A stretch of 64,000 bases of DNA from an uncultured Rhizobium sp. (GCA_964572805.1 CAZNGO010000043.1:47568-111567); one strand, 5' to 3'; shown: positions 11,982 through 22,713, numbered from the stretch's first letter. The notes: a model not told the origin generated them from the sequence alone. A program made the numbers and translations.

Positions 11982-12454
11982 AGCTGTTCCAGCGCCGCCA
12001 GCACGTCGGCGAAGGCCAAAGCGACACAGCCATGGGTGGGCGAGTAATCGGGCCGCGCCACATGCAGGAAAATTGCGCTGCCCCTGCCCGGCACCACCGG
12101 ATCGTCATTATAGCCCAGCACCGCCACCAGGTCGTAGAGATGATCCTCGCGCCACATCTTTTCCGCACTGGCGCGATAGGGCAGTTTCACCAGGCGGTTG
12201 TAGCTGGGGTCGTCGGGCGCGTCGCACCAGCCGTCATCGGGCTGGATCGCCCGCAGCGGCAGTTTCACATCGGGCCGGGCGATGCGGTCGGCGCGGTAGA
12301 AGATTTCCCGCACCGGGAAACGTCCACATGGGGTGATGCCGTCGCCTTCGCCGCCCTTCAGCGCGATGCCGGCCGGTCCGATGGCGGCGCGGCGCAGGCC
12401 GGCACCCCAGTCCAGCACGGCGGACACGCCGCGCATCGAAACATGCAGGTCCAT
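11951..12454 (-). CDS. L,D-transpeptidase family protein
   Basis: YkuD-type catalytic stretch GSAIFLHVARPDYSPTHGCVAL. Confidence 0.75.
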   Translation of the reverse strand: MDLHVSMRGVSAVLDWGAGLRRAAIGPAGIALKGGEGDGITPCGRFPVREIFYRADRIARPDVKLPLRAIQPDDGWCDAPDDPSYNRLVKLPYRASAEKMWREDHLYDLVAVLGYNDDPVVPGRGSAIFLHVARPDYSPTHGCVALAFADVLAALEQLQPGDAVVVE

Positions 12455-12467
12455 GCGGCTTTATAGC

Positions 12468-13031
12468 TTAGTTCAACCCGGCGGGGACAAGACCCTGGCT
12501 GCGGCGATAGGCATACATCGCCCGCGAGGCCATCTGGCCGTCCACGCCCTTGGCGGCCAGGGCGTTGCCGAAAGCCACGACATCGGCGCCATCGGCTTGC
12601 GGCGCCACCGGTGCGGCCGGTGTGTTCGCCGCCAGCTGTGCCGGCGCATCTTGATGACCAATGCCAAGCTCTTTTTCGGCGAAGGCCAACACCGTCGAGC
12701 CGAAATCCTTGCCGGTGATGGCCTCGAAGGCGCTGTCGGCAACGCCGCTTACCGCGCCCCACAGCCCGCCATAGAGCGCATCGCCGGCGATCTTCTCCAC
12801 CGTGCCCGGCTTGTCGCCGGTAATGGCGCGATAAAGCGTGCCGATCACCGGCAGATGCTGAAGCGGATTGACGATATCGATCAGGTCATGCAGCACGGCA
12901 TGGAAGGAAATGCCGCCGCTGTCGTCCGCCTTCGCCGCAGCCTGGGCCGCCTGGGCGGCGGGCGCCGCAGCCGACGCCACGCGCATCGCTTGCGTGTTCG
13001 CGGCCATCTGCAGGAAGGTCGGCAGGGACAT
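12468..13031 (-). CDS. hypothetical protein
   Basis: The ATG at 13031 (MSLPTFLQMAANTQ...) lies inside track ORF 12468..13133. The composition is protein-like but no family was recognised. Confidence 0.4.
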   Translation of the reverse strand: MSLPTFLQMAANTQAMRVASAAAPAAQAAQAAAKADDSGGISFHAVLHDLIDIVNPLQHLPVIGTLYRAITGDKPGTVEKIAGDALYGGLWGAVSGVADSAFEAITGKDFGSTVLAFAEKELGIGHQDAPAQLAANTPAAPVAPQADGADVVAFGNALAAKGVDGQMASRAMYAYRRSQGLVPAGLN

Positions 13032-13155
13032 AGGCACTTTCCAAGCAAGCCCCGCGCCATGGCGAAATCCCGCCAAATGCGCGGCTTTCCGGCCTTTGCC
13101 GCCGTTCCGCCCGGCAGAAATTGCCGACGCCATCGCCTGTGACTAGAATCGCGCC

Positions 13156-13791
13156 ATGCGTTCCAAGGCCCTGCTCATCGCCGCCCCCGGCGTCTTCCGC
13201 GACCAGCTGGCGCAGCAGCTGGCGGAAAGCGGCGAGATCGCCGCCGCCGCGACCCTGGCCGAGGCGCGCGGCCTGATCGCCGATTCCCTTTTCGCCTTCG
13301 CCGTGATCGACGAGGCGCTGGAAGGCGAGAATGGCGCCGAGGTGGCGCGGGCGCTGGAAGATGACGGCTTCAGCGCCCCGATGCTGCTGCTGGCGAACGG
13401 CGCGGAAAGTGGCGGCGAACTGCCACGGCTGACCAAGCCCTTCCGCATCGCCGCCCTGGTGCAGGCGCTGGGGCGGCTGCTGGCCCATCCCGGCGGCGAA
13501 GCGCCATTCCGCATCGGGCCGTATGCCTTTCACCCCTCCGCCAAGTTGCTGGTGGACGGCGAGCGACGCATCCGGCTGACCGAGAAGGAAACCGACATCC
13601 TGCGCTATCTGCGCACCGCCACCGGCATCGTGCCGCGCCAGACCCTGCTGGGCGAGGTCTGGGGCTATGGCCCGCAGGTCGCCACCCATACCCTGGAAAC
13701 CCACATCTACCGCCTGCGCAAGAAGATCGAGACCGACCCGGATTCGCCGATTCTGCTGACGGAAGACGGCGGCTACCGGCTCTGTGCCTAG
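13156..13791 (+). CDS. OmpR-family winged-helix response regulator with atypical receiver
   Basis: The C-terminus has [12 protein letters not shown]...[13 protein letters not shown]...GGYRL. The N-terminal receiver keeps FAVIDEAL and LTKPF but lacks the acidic DD pair. Confidence 0.8.
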   Translation: MRSKALLIAAPGVFRDQLAQQLAESGEIAAAATLAEARGLIADSLFAFAVIDEALEGENGAEVARALEDDGFSAPMLLLANGAESGGELPRLTKPFRIAALVQALGRLLAHPGGEAPFRIGPYAFHPSAKLLVDGERRIRLTEKETDILRYLRTATGIVPRQTLLGEVWGYGPQVATHTLETHIYRLRKKIETDPDSPILLTEDGGYRLCA

Positions 13792-13846
13792 GGGTTGGGA
13801 AGCCAATCTTTAACGGGCATTAACCAGTCCGCCCCAGACTGGCGGC

Positions 13847-15841
13847 ATGGCAAAGCCTGCCCCGAAGAAGCGCAACGGCCCGCCGCACGGCAAGCATGGC
13901 GGCGGCGGCCATGACGATGCTCCGCCGCCAAAGAAGCAGGTGCGCGGGCGCAAATCGAGCTGGCCCTTCATCCTGGCGATGTTCCTCATCTGGGGCGTGA
14001 TCTTCGGCGCGGTGGTGTTCTCGCATTTCATTTCCGGCCTGCCGGATGTGCGCAACCTGATGAAACAGGGCCCGTCGCAGGACGTCACCATCCTGGATGA
14101 TCGCGGCCGGCTGATCGCCCGGCGCGGCCTGACCCAGGGCGAAATGATTCCGGTCGCCGCCCTGCCAGATTATGTTCCGAACGCCTTCATCGCGATCGAG
14201 GACCGCCGCTTCCGTTCGCATTTCGGCATCGATCCGATGGGCCTGACGCGCGCGGCGGTGCGCAACATGCTCACCGGCCATGTGGTGCAGGGCGGTTCGA
14301 CCCTCACGCAGCAGCTCGCCAAGAACCTGTTTCTCTCTCCCAGCCGCACCATGGAGCGCAAGCTGCAGGAAGCCGGATTGGCGGTCTATCTGGAAACCCG
14401 CTACAGCAAGGACCAGATTCTCAGCCTCTATCTCAACAAGGTCTATTTCGGCGCCGGGGTCTATGGCATCGAGGCGGCGGCGGAGAAATTCTTCGGCAAG
14501 CATGCCAGCGAGCTCGGCCTGACGGAAGCGGCGATGCTGGCTGGCAGCGTCAAGGCACCGGCGAAATACAATCCCCTCGCCGATCCCGATGCCAGCCAGG
14601 CGCGCGGCCAGACCGTTCTGAAGGCGATGGAAGGCGCGGGCTTCATCGATCTGGAAACCCGGCTTGCTGCCGCCCAGACCAGGCCGCGCGTGATGCGCAC
14701 CGCCGCCACGCCCGGGTCCGGCTATTTCGCCGACTGGGTGATTTCGCAACTGAATGGCCTGACCGGCGCCAGCGCCGAGCCGGTGGTGGTGGAAACCAGC
14801 TTCGACCTGGAAACGCAGAACCTGGCGGAAGCGGCGCTGGAGCGCGGCCTGGCGCGGGATGGCGACAAGCTCCATGCCGGCCAGGGTGCGCTGGTGGCGA
14901 TGACGCCGGATGGCGCGGTGCGCGCCATGGTGGGCGGGCGTTCCTATGCCGGATCCGGCTTCAACCGCGCCGCCGACGCGGTGCGCCAGCCCGGCAGCGC
15001 CTTCAAGCCCTTTGTCTATCTCACCGCCTTCGAGAATGGCCGCAGCCCCGATGACGTGATGCATGACGGCCCCATCACCATCGGCAAATGGACGCCCGCC
15101 GATTTCGAGGACGAATACCAGGGCGACATGCCGCTGGTGAAAGCCTTCGCGGTTTCTTCCAATTCCATCGCCGCGCAACTGACCCAGGAAACCGGCCCGC
15201 GCGCCGTCGCGGCCACTGCAAGACGGCTGGGCATTTCTTCGCCGCTGGATGAAGTCGCCTCGCTGGCGCTGGGCACTTCAGGCGTGACGCCGCTGGAGCT
15301 GACCGGCGCCTATGCCGCCTTCGCCAATGGCGGCGAGGGCGTAACGCCCTTTGGCATCCTCAAGGTGCGGACCCTCTCGGGAAAGCTGCTATACGCCCGC
15401 CCCGAGCGCAAGCATGACGCGGTGATGAGCGCCGAGAACAACGCGGCGATGACACGGCTGATGCATGAGACCGTCGCCACCGGCACCGGCAAGGCCGCAG
15501 CGCTGGGCGAGCGGCCGGTGGCAGGCAAGACCGGCACCACCCAGGATTTCCATGACGCCTGGTTCATGGGTTTCACCGCCGACCTGGTCTGCGGCGTCTG
15601 GATCGGCAATGACAATTCCACGCCGATGAAACACGCCACCGGCGGCGGCCTGCCGGCGGTCATTTTCCACGACTTCATGGCCGGGGCGGAGCAGAACCTG
15701 CCGGTGCGACCGCTGATCGGCGCCATGATCGCCGCCAACCTGCCGGACGATGCGCCGGCGCCCAGGGCCGAGGGCAGCAAGCCAGATGAAAAGAAACCGG
15801 GCACCATCGAGTCCATCCTCAACGGTCTTTTCGGCGGCTGA
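13847..15841 (+). CDS. class A penicillin-binding protein (PBP1A family)
   Basis: GT51 motifs [13 protein letters not shown] and [12 protein letters not shown]. Transpeptidase motifs SAFKP, SSN and KTGTT. An N-terminal TM segment is present. Confidence 0.92.
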   Translation: MAKPAPKKRNGPPHGKHGGGGHDDAPPPKKQVRGRKSSWPFILAMFLIWGVIFGAVVFSHFISGLPDVRNLMKQGPSQDVTILDDRGRLIARRGLTQGEMIPVAALPDYVPNAFIAIEDRRFRSHFGIDPMGLTRAAVRNMLTGHVVQGGSTLTQQLAKNLFLSPSRTMERKLQEAGLAVYLETRYSKDQILSLYLNKVYFGAGVYGIEAAAEKFFGKHASELGLTEAAMLAGSVKAPAKYNPLADPDASQARGQTVLKAMEGAGFIDLETRLAAAQTRPRVMRTAATPGSGYFADWVISQLNGLTGASAEPVVVETSFDLETQNLAEAALERGLARDGDKLHAGQGALVAMTPDGAVRAMVGGRSYAGSGFNRAADAVRQPGSAFKPFVYLTAFENGRSPDDVMHDGPITIGKWTPADFEDEYQGDMPLVKAFAVSSNSIAAQLTQETGPRAVAATARRLGISSPLDEVASLALGTSGVTPLELTGAYAAFANGGEGVTPFGILKVRTLSGKLLYARPERKHDAVMSAENNAAMTRLMHETVATGTGKAAALGERPVAGKTGTTQDFHDAWFMGFTADLVCGVWIGNDNSTPMKHATGGGLPAVIFHDFMAGAEQNLPVRPLIGAMIAANLPDDAPAPRAEGSKPDEKKPGTIESILNGLFGG

Positions 15842-15911
15842 TCGCCAGGATTGATGGGGCCGGGATGCGACGCTAGCATCCAGCCATGCCGACACCCCGG
15901 ACAATGCCCTG

Positions 15912-16877
15912 ATGCGCGGCGAACGCGCGGTATTCGTGGGCCTGGCGCGCGACTGCGCCGGCACGCTGCCATCCGTGCTGGAAAATCTCGCCCGCAAGGC
16001 GGCGGTCTTTGGTGAAAGCGCCTTCCTGTTCATCGAGAATGATTCCCGGGATGCGACGCGCGCGATCCTGGAGGCGTGGTGCCGGGGCCGTCCGCGCGCC
16101 ATGGTCCTGTCGCCGGAAAGCCCGGAGGTCCGCAGCCGGCAGCGTTGCATCCGCATCGCGGCGCTGCGCAACCAGATGGCGGCGGCGGTGCGCGACCGCT
16201 TCGCCGATTTCGACCTGCTGGTGATCGCCGATTGCGATGAAGCAAACGCCATGGTGGTCACCGACATGACAGGCCTCGCGCGGGCGGTGGACTTCCTGAT
16301 GGCTGATGAAAGTCGCGCCGCGGTGTTCGCCAATACCACCGGCACCTATTACGACCTGTGGGCCCTGCGTCATCCCCAGCGCTGTCCCGATGACATCTGG
16401 GAAGCCACCATGGACCATGCCCTGCGCTATGGCATCGGCGACCAGCAGGCCTTTGACGCGGTTTTTGCGCCGCGCCTGTTCGGCCTTCCCATCGACGCGC
16501 CGCCGCTGGAAGTGGATTCGGCTTTTGGCGGCCTCGGCATCTACCGGCTGGCGCGGGTACTGGCCAATGCGGCGGTCTATGAAGGCTACAAGATCAAGCC
16601 CTCCGCGGGAGAGGCTCGCGGCGTCGGCTGGGAACAATGCGAACATGTCAGCTTTCATGGGGGCCTGCGCGCGGCGGGCGGCCGGCTTTTCGTGCTTCCC
16701 TGGCTGGTGATCCGCGACTTGCCGGATTACCGCCCGCCGCCCTGGGGCTGGCGGCACATGCTGTTCGACCTCGCCGAGCTGGAAAAAACCGCCGCACCGC
16801 CCGCTCCGGGACGAAACGAGTCTTGTCCCTGCGGGTCCGGCAAGCGCTACAAGCATTGCCATGGCGCCCTGACCTGA
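15912..16877 (+). CDS. SEC-C motif protein with glycosyltransferase-like N-terminal domain
   Basis: The C-terminal SCPCGSGKRYKHCHG is a SEC-C metal-binding motif. The N-terminal region was not confidently assigned. Confidence 0.6.
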   Translation: MRGERAVFVGLARDCAGTLPSVLENLARKAAVFGESAFLFIENDSRDATRAILEAWCRGRPRAMVLSPESPEVRSRQRCIRIAALRNQMAAAVRDRFADFDLLVIADCDEANAMVVTDMTGLARAVDFLMADESRAAVFANTTGTYYDLWALRHPQRCPDDIWEATMDHALRYGIGDQQAFDAVFAPRLFGLPIDAPPLEVDSAFGGLGIYRLARVLANAAVYEGYKIKPSAGEARGVGWEQCEHVSFHGGLRAAGGRLFVLPWLVIRDLPDYRPPPWGWRHMLFDLAELEKTAAPPAPGRNESCPCGSGKRYKHCHGALT

Positions 16878-16894
16878 AGTGGCGCCAGCGCGTT

Positions 16895-17668
16895 TCAGGC
16901 CTTGTAGCGCTGCAGCGTCCTGCCATGGGCGCCAAGCCAGGCCTGGGCGCTCTTGAACTCCGGATGGAGCTTCTCCACCAGCTTCCAGAAGCGCGGCCCG
17001 TGGTTCATCTCCTTCAGATGCGCCACCTCGTGCGCCACGACATAGTCGCGCACGAAATCGGGGGCGAGGATCAGACGCCAGGAGAAGGAGATCGCCCGCG
17101 CCGGCGAACAGGAACCCCAGCGGCTGGCGGTGTCGCGCATGGTGATGCGGGACGGAACCGCGCCGATCCGCACGCCATGGTCCAGCGCCCCGGCCTCGCA
17201 GAGTGTCCGCGCCTCGCGCTTGAGAAAATCGAGGATGCGGCGGGACGCATGTTCCGCCCGTCCCGTCACCCAGATGACATGGGCGCTTTCGTCCCGCCAC
17301 ACCGGCGCGGGACCGCGTGCAGCGCTATGGCGCACCTCATGGACCTGGCCGCGGAACGGCAACCGCGCGCCAGGCGCCAGCGTCACCGGCGCCGGCACCC
17401 GCGCCCGCTGCCGCGCGATCCATTCCTTTTCGCCGCGGGCGAACTCCAGGGCGTGCTGCAGCCCCCGGCGCGTCGGCGCCACCACCGTGACCTCGCCGGT
17501 GCCGGGATGGACCTTGACGATGACACGCCGGGCGCGCGGATTGAGGCGCAGCTTCACTTCCACCGGTGCGCCGTCTATGGCGAGATGCAGGATGTCACCC
17601 GCATTGCCGGCGCCGTCTCGCTTTTTCACGGGCTTGGCCTTAGGCTTGCCGCGGAACAGGAAAACCAT
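16895..17668 (-). CDS. YgjP-like (DUF45/M48 family) metallohydrolase
   Basis: HEVAHLKEMNHGPRFWKLVEKL motif near the C-terminus. Confidence 0.85.
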   Translation of the reverse strand: MVFLFRGKPKAKPVKKRDGAGNAGDILHLAIDGAPVEVKLRLNPRARRVIVKVHPGTGEVTVVAPTRRGLQHALEFARGEKEWIARQRARVPAPVTLAPGARLPFRGQVHEVRHSAARGPAPVWRDESAHVIWVTGRAEHASRRILDFLKREARTLCEAGALDHGVRIGAVPSRITMRDTASRWGSCSPARAISFSWRLILAPDFVRDYVVAHEVAHLKEMNHGPRFWKLVEKLHPEFKSAQAWLGAHGRTLQRYKA

Positions 17669-18089
17669 GTCAGAACGTCCGCGCTTTCATCTTGCGTTTC
17701 CGGTGCGCGATCTTGCCGAAGCCCGCGCCTTCTATGGCGGCCTGCTCGGCTGTCCCGAAGGACGCTCGAGCGCCGAATGGGTGGACTTCGATTTCTTCGG
17801 CCATCAGATCGTGGCGCATTTAAGCCTGAACGAGGCCGGGCACAAAGAACATAATCATGTTGACGGCGAAGAAGTTCCGGTGCGCCATTTCGGCGCAATC
17901 CTTTCCATGGATGCCTGGCGGACCCTGGCGGCAAAGCTGACCGATGCCGGCACAGCCTTCATCATCGAACCGCAGATTCGCTTTCAGGGCCTGGCGGGCG
18001 AGCAGGCGACTTTCTTTTTTCTCGATCCTTCCGGCAACGCGCTGGAGTTCAAGGCTTTCCATGACGACTCGGCAATCTTTGCGCGCTGA
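17667..18089 (+). CDS. VOC (glyoxalase/dioxygenase) family protein
   Basis: The ATG at 17667 gives MSERPRFHLAFPVRDLAEARAFYGGLLGC.... It lies inside track ORF 17130..18089. Confidence 0.75.
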   Translation: MSERPRFHLAFPVRDLAEARAFYGGLLGCPEGRSSAEWVDFDFFGHQIVAHLSLNEAGHKEHNHVDGEEVPVRHFGAILSMDAWRTLAAKLTDAGTAFIIEPQIRFQGLAGEQATFFFLDPSGNALEFKAFHDDSAIFAR

Positions 18090-18594
18090 CTATGTCGCGA
18101 TCGCGGTGGGCGCTGGTGCGCTGGCGCTGATTCTTGGCGCGCTCGGCTTCCAGTATCTGCGCGGCCTGGCGCCCTGCGAAATGTGCCACTGGCAGCGCTG
18201 GCCGCATATCGCCGCCGCCATTGTCGGGATCGTGGGCGGCGGCCTGTTGCCGCGCCGCTTCGCCGTGCCGGTGGTGATGGCGGCGATCCTGCTGGTGGCG
18301 ACGTCCGGCTTTATCGGCCTCTACCAGACCGCCGGACAATACAACCTTGTGCCCTTGCCACAGGCCTGCCGGATCGCGCATGCCTTCATGCTGGGTGCCC
18401 CTGCCCCGCCCACGCCGTCGCTTTTCCAGCGCGTGGCCGGATTTTTCACCAGCCTCGGCGAAGGCGCCAGCTGCGGCATTCCCACCTGGTTCTTTCTGGG
18501 TCTGGCGCTGCCGGCCTGGAACGCCATCTTCTCCTTCCTGATCGCGGGCGCCGCGATCTTTGTCCTGCGCGAACCCGATGCCCAGAAAGTCTAA
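18061..18594 (+). CDS. disulfide bond formation protein B family
   Basis: Four predicted TM segments and the APCEMCHWQRWPH motif. The ATG at 18061 overlaps the end of the VOC gene. Confidence 0.75.
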   Translation: MTTRQSLRADYVAIAVGAGALALILGALGFQYLRGLAPCEMCHWQRWPHIAAAIVGIVGGGLLPRRFAVPVVMAAILLVATSGFIGLYQTAGQYNLVPLPQACRIAHAFMLGAPAPPTPSLFQRVAGFFTSLGEGASCGIPTWFFLGLALPAWNAIFSFLIAGAAIFVLREPDAQKV

Positions 18595-19120
18595 GCCCGG
18601 CGCGCCCGGCAGCCCGCTGGACACCGAAGCGATGATCCGCGTCGATCATGCCGGCGAATATGGCGCGGTGCGCATCTATCAGGGCCAGCTTGCGGTGCTG
18701 AAGCACGGCGCCGCCGCCGACACCATCCGCCACATGGCCGGGCAGGAGGAGCGGCATCTCGCGGCCTTCGACAGGCTGGTCAATGAACGCAAGGTGCGGC
18801 CCACGGCGCTGGAGCCGGTGTGGCGGGTTGCGGGCTTTGCCCTCGGCGCCGCCACCGCCCTGATGGGCGAAAAGGCGGCCTTTGCCTGCACCGCCGCCGT
18901 CGAGGAAGTGATTGACGAACACTATGCCGGCCAGATCGCCGCCCTGGGCGACAAGGACGAAGCCCTGAAGGCGACGGTGGAGGATTTTCGCGCCGACGAA
19001 GCCGCCCACCGCGATACGGCGCTGGAAAACGGCGCGGAACAGGCGCCCGGCTACAGGCTGCTCAGCGAAGCGATCAAGGCGGGCTGCCGGGTCGCGATCA
19101 AGCTCTCCGAGCGAATCTAG
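18578..19120 (+). CDS. coq7: demethoxyubiquinone hydroxylase
   Basis: IRVDHAGEYGAVRIYQGQ and di-iron EXXH motifs (QEERH, DEAAH). The start is 18578 or 18560. Confidence 0.9.
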   Translation: MPRKSKPGAPGSPLDTEAMIRVDHAGEYGAVRIYQGQLAVLKHGAAADTIRHMAGQEERHLAAFDRLVNERKVRPTALEPVWRVAGFALGAATALMGEKAAFACTAAVEEVIDEHYAGQIAALGDKDEALKATVEDFRADEAAHRDTALENGAEQAPGYRLLSEAIKAGCRVAIKLSERI

Positions 19121-19716
19121 GGCTCGAGTTCGGAATCCCAATAAAGATAGTCCGCCCAGGATTCATGGAGATAGTTGGGCGGAAACTTGCGGCCATGTTC
19201 CCGCAATTCGGTCACGGTGGGCGGATGCGGCCGGTGGCGGGGATACATGCGCGCCTGGGCGGGCAGCAGGCCGCCCTTGGCGAGATTGCAAGGGCTGCAG
19301 GCGGTGACGACATTCTCCCAGGTGGTGCGGCCGCCCCGGCTGCGGGGAACGACATGGTCGAAGGTCAGTTCCTTATCGTCGCCGCAATACTGGCAGGAAA
19401 ATTCGTCGCGCAGGAAGACGTTGAAACGGGTGAAGGCGGGATGGCGCGCTGGCCGGATATAGGTCTTGAGCGCGATGACCGAAGGCAGCTTCATCGAGAA
19501 GCGGGCGGAGCGCACCTCGCGGTCATATTCCTCCAGGATGTTCACCCTCTCCAGGAACACCGCCTTGATGGTGTCCTGCCAGCTCCAGAGCGAAAGCGGA
19601 TAATAGCTCAGCGGCCGGTAATCGGCGTTCAGCACCAGCGCCGGACAGGCGCTTGAGGTCACACTGGGCGCTAGCACGGAGCAAACTCTGTGAAGGCGGT
19701 TCTCCTCTTGCGCCAA
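19117..19716 (-). CDS. HNH endonuclease
   Basis: CQYCGDDKELTFDHVVPRSRGGRTTWENVVTACSPCN. Confidence 0.85.
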   Translation of the reverse strand: MAQEENRLHRVCSVLAPSVTSSACPALVLNADYRPLSYYPLSLWSWQDTIKAVFLERVNILEEYDREVRSARFSMKLPSVIALKTYIRPARHPAFTRFNVFLRDEFSCQYCGDDKELTFDHVVPRSRGGRTTWENVVTACSPCNLAKGGLLPAQARMYPRHRPHPPTVTELREHGRKFPPNYLHESWADYLYWDSELEP

Positions 19717-19767
19717 ATCTAGTGGGAGATTCGCGATACACTCAAGTGCCTAAGTGCAACAGCTTTG

Positions 19768-20427
19768 TTACCCCTTGGGGGCGAGCTCGTTCTGGAGGAA
19801 TTTCGCCCCCAATTCCAGGCTTTCCGGATCGATGCCATGGCCGGTATTGCGGGCCAGATGCCAGTCGATCACGACGCCCAACTGGTTCAGGGCGCCCGCC
19901 GCCAGGAACATCATCTGCGGCGGCACCACCGGGTCACTGTCGCCATGGCTGAGAAATACCGGTGGATAGGCCCCGCCCGGCGCCGGCATCGGGGCCCGCC
20001 CCGCCAGCAGGCCCGAATAGGACAGGATGGCCAGCGGCGGCCGCGCCCGTGCAAGGCCGACCCGCAGCGCCATCATCGCCCCCTGGCTGAAGCCCAGCAG
20101 CGCCAGCTTTTCCGGCCCCAGCTTCAGAGCCTGGAGTTCGGCATCAATAGCGGCCTCGATCGCCGGGCCAGCGTCCGCGACGCCCTGCTCGACTTCCTCC
20201 TGATTGAGGTCGGTAAGAGCGAACCATTGAAAACCCGGGCTGCCGGGGGCGGCTGTCGGGGCGTTGGGGGCAAAGAAGGCCGCGTCGGGAAAACGCGCCT
20301 GCCAGGCGCGGCCCAGCGCGATCAGGTCATTGCCGTCGGCGCCATAACCATGCAGCAGCACGATCAACTGGCGGGCCGTGCCGCTGACGGGGGCGAGACG
20401 GGGACCATCGAGCACTGGCAAAGACAT
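19768..20427 (-). CDS. alpha/beta hydrolase (phospholipase/carboxylesterase family)
   Basis: LLHGYGADGNDL and the nucleophile elbow GFSQGAMMAL. Confidence 0.8.
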   Translation of the reverse strand: MSLPVLDGPRLAPVSGTARQLIVLLHGYGADGNDLIALGRAWQARFPDAAFFAPNAPTAAPGSPGFQWFALTDLNQEEVEQGVADAGPAIEAAIDAELQALKLGPEKLALLGFSQGAMMALRVGLARARPPLAILSYSGLLAGRAPMPAPGGAYPPVFLSHGDSDPVVPPQMMFLAAGALNQLGVVIDWHLARNTGHGIDPESLELGAKFLQNELAPKG

Positions 20428-20474
20428 TCGGCCTCGGGCGTTCTAGATTCCGGTGGGACCATACATAACCCGCC

Positions 20475-21275
20475 ATGATTGTCACCCGCTTTGCCCCCAG
20501 TCCGACCGGCCTGTTGCATCTGGGCCATGCCTTCGCTGCCATGACCGCGGCCGAAAGCGGTGACGATTTCCTGCTGCGGATCGAGGATCTGGATTCCGGC
20601 CGCAGCCGCGACATTTTCATCGAGGCAATCTATCGCGACCTGAAATGGCTGGGCCTTTCCTGGGACGAGCCGGCGCTGCGCCAGTCGCGCCGTGGGCCGG
20701 CCTATGGCGCAGCGCTGGAAAAGCTGAAGGCGATGGGGGTGATCTATCCTTGCGTCTGCACAAGGGCGGAGATCGCCGCGGAAATCGCGCGGGCCGGCGA
20801 AGCCCAGCATGGGCCCGAGGGCCCCCTCTATCCCGGCACCTGCCGCCATCTCGCCTCGGTGCCCGCCGGCAAGCCGCATGTGCTGCGTCTGGATGCGGCC
20901 AGGGCGGCGGCGCTGGCAGGTCCCCTCACTTTTACGGAGCATGGCAAGACCGAGGCCGTTGATCCCGCGCGCTTCGGCGACATTGTGCTGGCAAGAAGGG
21001 ATTTGCCCGCCGCCTACCATCTGGCGGTGGTGCTGGACGATGCCTTCCAGAATGTGAACCTGGTAACGCGCGGCGAAGACCTGTTGGCCGCCACCCATCC
21101 GCAACGGCTGCTGCAGGCGCTGCTGCATTTGCCGGAACCGGCCTATGCCCATCACCGCCTAATCCTGGACGAGACGGGCAAGAAGTTCTCCAAGCGCGAT
21201 CAGGCCGTGACGCTGGCATCCTTGCGCGAAGCCGGCGCTACGCCATCGGATGTGCGCACGCGGCTGGGGCTTTAG
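20475..21275 (+). CDS. gluQ: tRNA glutamyl-Q(34) synthetase
   Basis: RFAPSPTGLLHLGH, LLRIEDLD, GKKFSKRD. The short length (266 aa) is typical of GluQRS. Confidence 0.9.
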   Translation: MIVTRFAPSPTGLLHLGHAFAAMTAAESGDDFLLRIEDLDSGRSRDIFIEAIYRDLKWLGLSWDEPALRQSRRGPAYGAALEKLKAMGVIYPCVCTRAEIAAEIARAGEAQHGPEGPLYPGTCRHLASVPAGKPHVLRLDAARAAALAGPLTFTEHGKTEAVDPARFGDIVLARRDLPAAYHLAVVLDDAFQNVNLVTRGEDLLAATHPQRLLQALLHLPEPAYAHHRLILDETGKKFSKRDQAVTLASLREAGATPSDVRTRLGL

Positions 21276-21831
21276 GCTGGTTTGTGCGTCGCGCTATCCA
21301 GCGGGGGCGCTCCACCGTGATGAAGGCCATGGTGGCGAGATAGCAGAGGGCGACGGCGGCGGGCAGCAGCGTTGGGCGCCCATCGGGAGCCGCGAACCAG
21401 ATCACCGACACCGCAATGGTACGCACCACCGCATGTACCCAGGGGAATGGCGAGTCATAGGCCCAGGCCATGACGAAGAAATCGATACCGAAGGCGATGG
21501 CCATGACCAGGATCATGATCTGCGGCCAATAGAGAAAGGCGGCGAATATGATGGGCAGGCACATCATGCCGCCGCTGAGATGCGCCATGGTGATGAGCGT
21601 CGCCAGGCTGTTGGAATGCGCCTTGGGATCGGCGCGGAGAATGAAGGAGGCGGCAAATCCCATCGGGGCAATGGCGCAGGAGCCGGCCAGCCAGAGCAGC
21701 TTGGCAGCGGCGAGCGGATAGAGGGCACCCATTGCGGCGGCATAGCTCCAGAACAAGAAGCCGGCGACCCAGAAGCCGATGTTCCACTTCATCCGCTGCG
21801 CCAGGTCCATTCGTTCTGCCGCGATATCCAT
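21238..21831 (-). CDS. integral membrane protein, unknown function
   Basis: About 6 hydrophobic helices. It is the last gene of a three-gene minus-strand unit with the wHTH gene. Confidence 0.5.
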   Translation of the reverse strand: MDIAAERMDLAQRMKWNIGFWVAGFLFWSYAAAMGALYPLAAAKLLWLAGSCAIAPMGFAASFILRADPKAHSNSLATLITMAHLSGGMMCLPIIFAAFLYWPQIMILVMAIAFGIDFFVMAWAYDSPFPWVHAVVRTIAVSVIWFAAPDGRPTLLPAAVALCYLATMAFITVERPRWIARRTNQPKAPAACAHPMA

Positions 21832-21833
21832 GC

Positions 21834-22124
21834 TCAGTCCTCGATGATGCCGCGCAGAAATGAGACATAATCCTCGAAGGCGCGGCGGCCCTCGCGGGTG
21901 AGCTTGACCCTTGTGCGGGGGCGGTTGTCGGCGAAGTCTTTCTCCACCGCGACATAGCCCGCCTCTTCCAGGGTCTGGATATGGGCGCCGAGATTGCCTT
22001 CCGTCGCCTCGACGATCTTTTTCAGGCGGACGAATTCCAGCATCTCGCCCGGCGGCAACGCCTTGAGCGCCGACATGATCTTCAGCCGCACCGGCTGGTG
22101 GATGATGGCGTTGAGCTCGCCCAT
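21834..22124 (-). CDS. winged-helix transcriptional regulator
   Basis: IHQPVRLKIMSAL...LKKIVEATEGNLGAHIQTLEEAGYVAVEK is ArsR/PadR-like wHTH. Length 96 aa. Confidence 0.75.
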   Translation of the reverse strand: MGELNAIIHQPVRLKIMSALKALPPGEMLEFVRLKKIVEATEGNLGAHIQTLEEAGYVAVEKDFADNRPRTRVKLTREGRRAFEDYVSFLRGIIED

Positions 22125-22125
22125 C

Positions 22126-22713
22126 TCACACCTTCCGGAGCCAAAGACCGACCAGGACCAGCGAACCGCCGCCCACCGCCGCCATCCAGAGCAGAAAATA
22201 TGGGTAAAGATAGAACCAGCCGCCCAATGTCAGCGCCGCCAGCGCGATGCCGGCAAACAAAAAGCGCAGGCCCCGCCAGATGCCCATGACGGAATAGATG
22301 GCGGCGATCAGCAGCGGAATGAAGGCGCCGGAGACCAGGGGGTTGCGGGGACGCATCACCATGAAGACTGCGAACAGGAAGACATAGAAGACCAGCATGG
22401 TCATGCCCCAGCGAAGGCCGATGGCCTTGCCCTTGGCGATCACCTCCGGCGCCAGATGCCGGTAGCGGCGGCGGCCTAGGATGCTGCTGCTGATGACGCC
22501 GATCAGGCAAAGCCCGAACCACAGCCAGTTGATGCCTTGGACAAAGCCGTAATTGGGCAGCAGGTAGCTGCCGGTGTAGCCCACCATCCAGAGCAGGCCC
22601 CACAGGATGAACTGAGGACTGGAATGGGCATAGTCATGCGCCTCGGCGCTGCGCCGCTGGGTGCGCTCGATTTCCTTCAGGCTTTCCGCCGCCTGGCCGG
22701 GTGAAAGGTCCAT
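22126..22713 (-). CDS. integral membrane protein, unknown function
   Basis: The ATG at 22713 (MDLSPGQAAESLKEIERTQRR...) lies inside track ORF 22126..22980. About 5 TM helices. Confidence 0.55.
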   Translation of the reverse strand: MDLSPGQAAESLKEIERTQRRSAEAHDYAHSSPQFILWGLLWMVGYTGSYLLPNYGFVQGINWLWFGLCLIGVISSSILGRRRYRHLAPEVIAKGKAIGLRWGMTMLVFYVFLFAVFMVMRPRNPLVSGAFIPLLIAAIYSVMGIWRGLRFLFAGIALAALTLGGWFYLYPYFLLWMAAVGGGSLVLVGLWLRKV

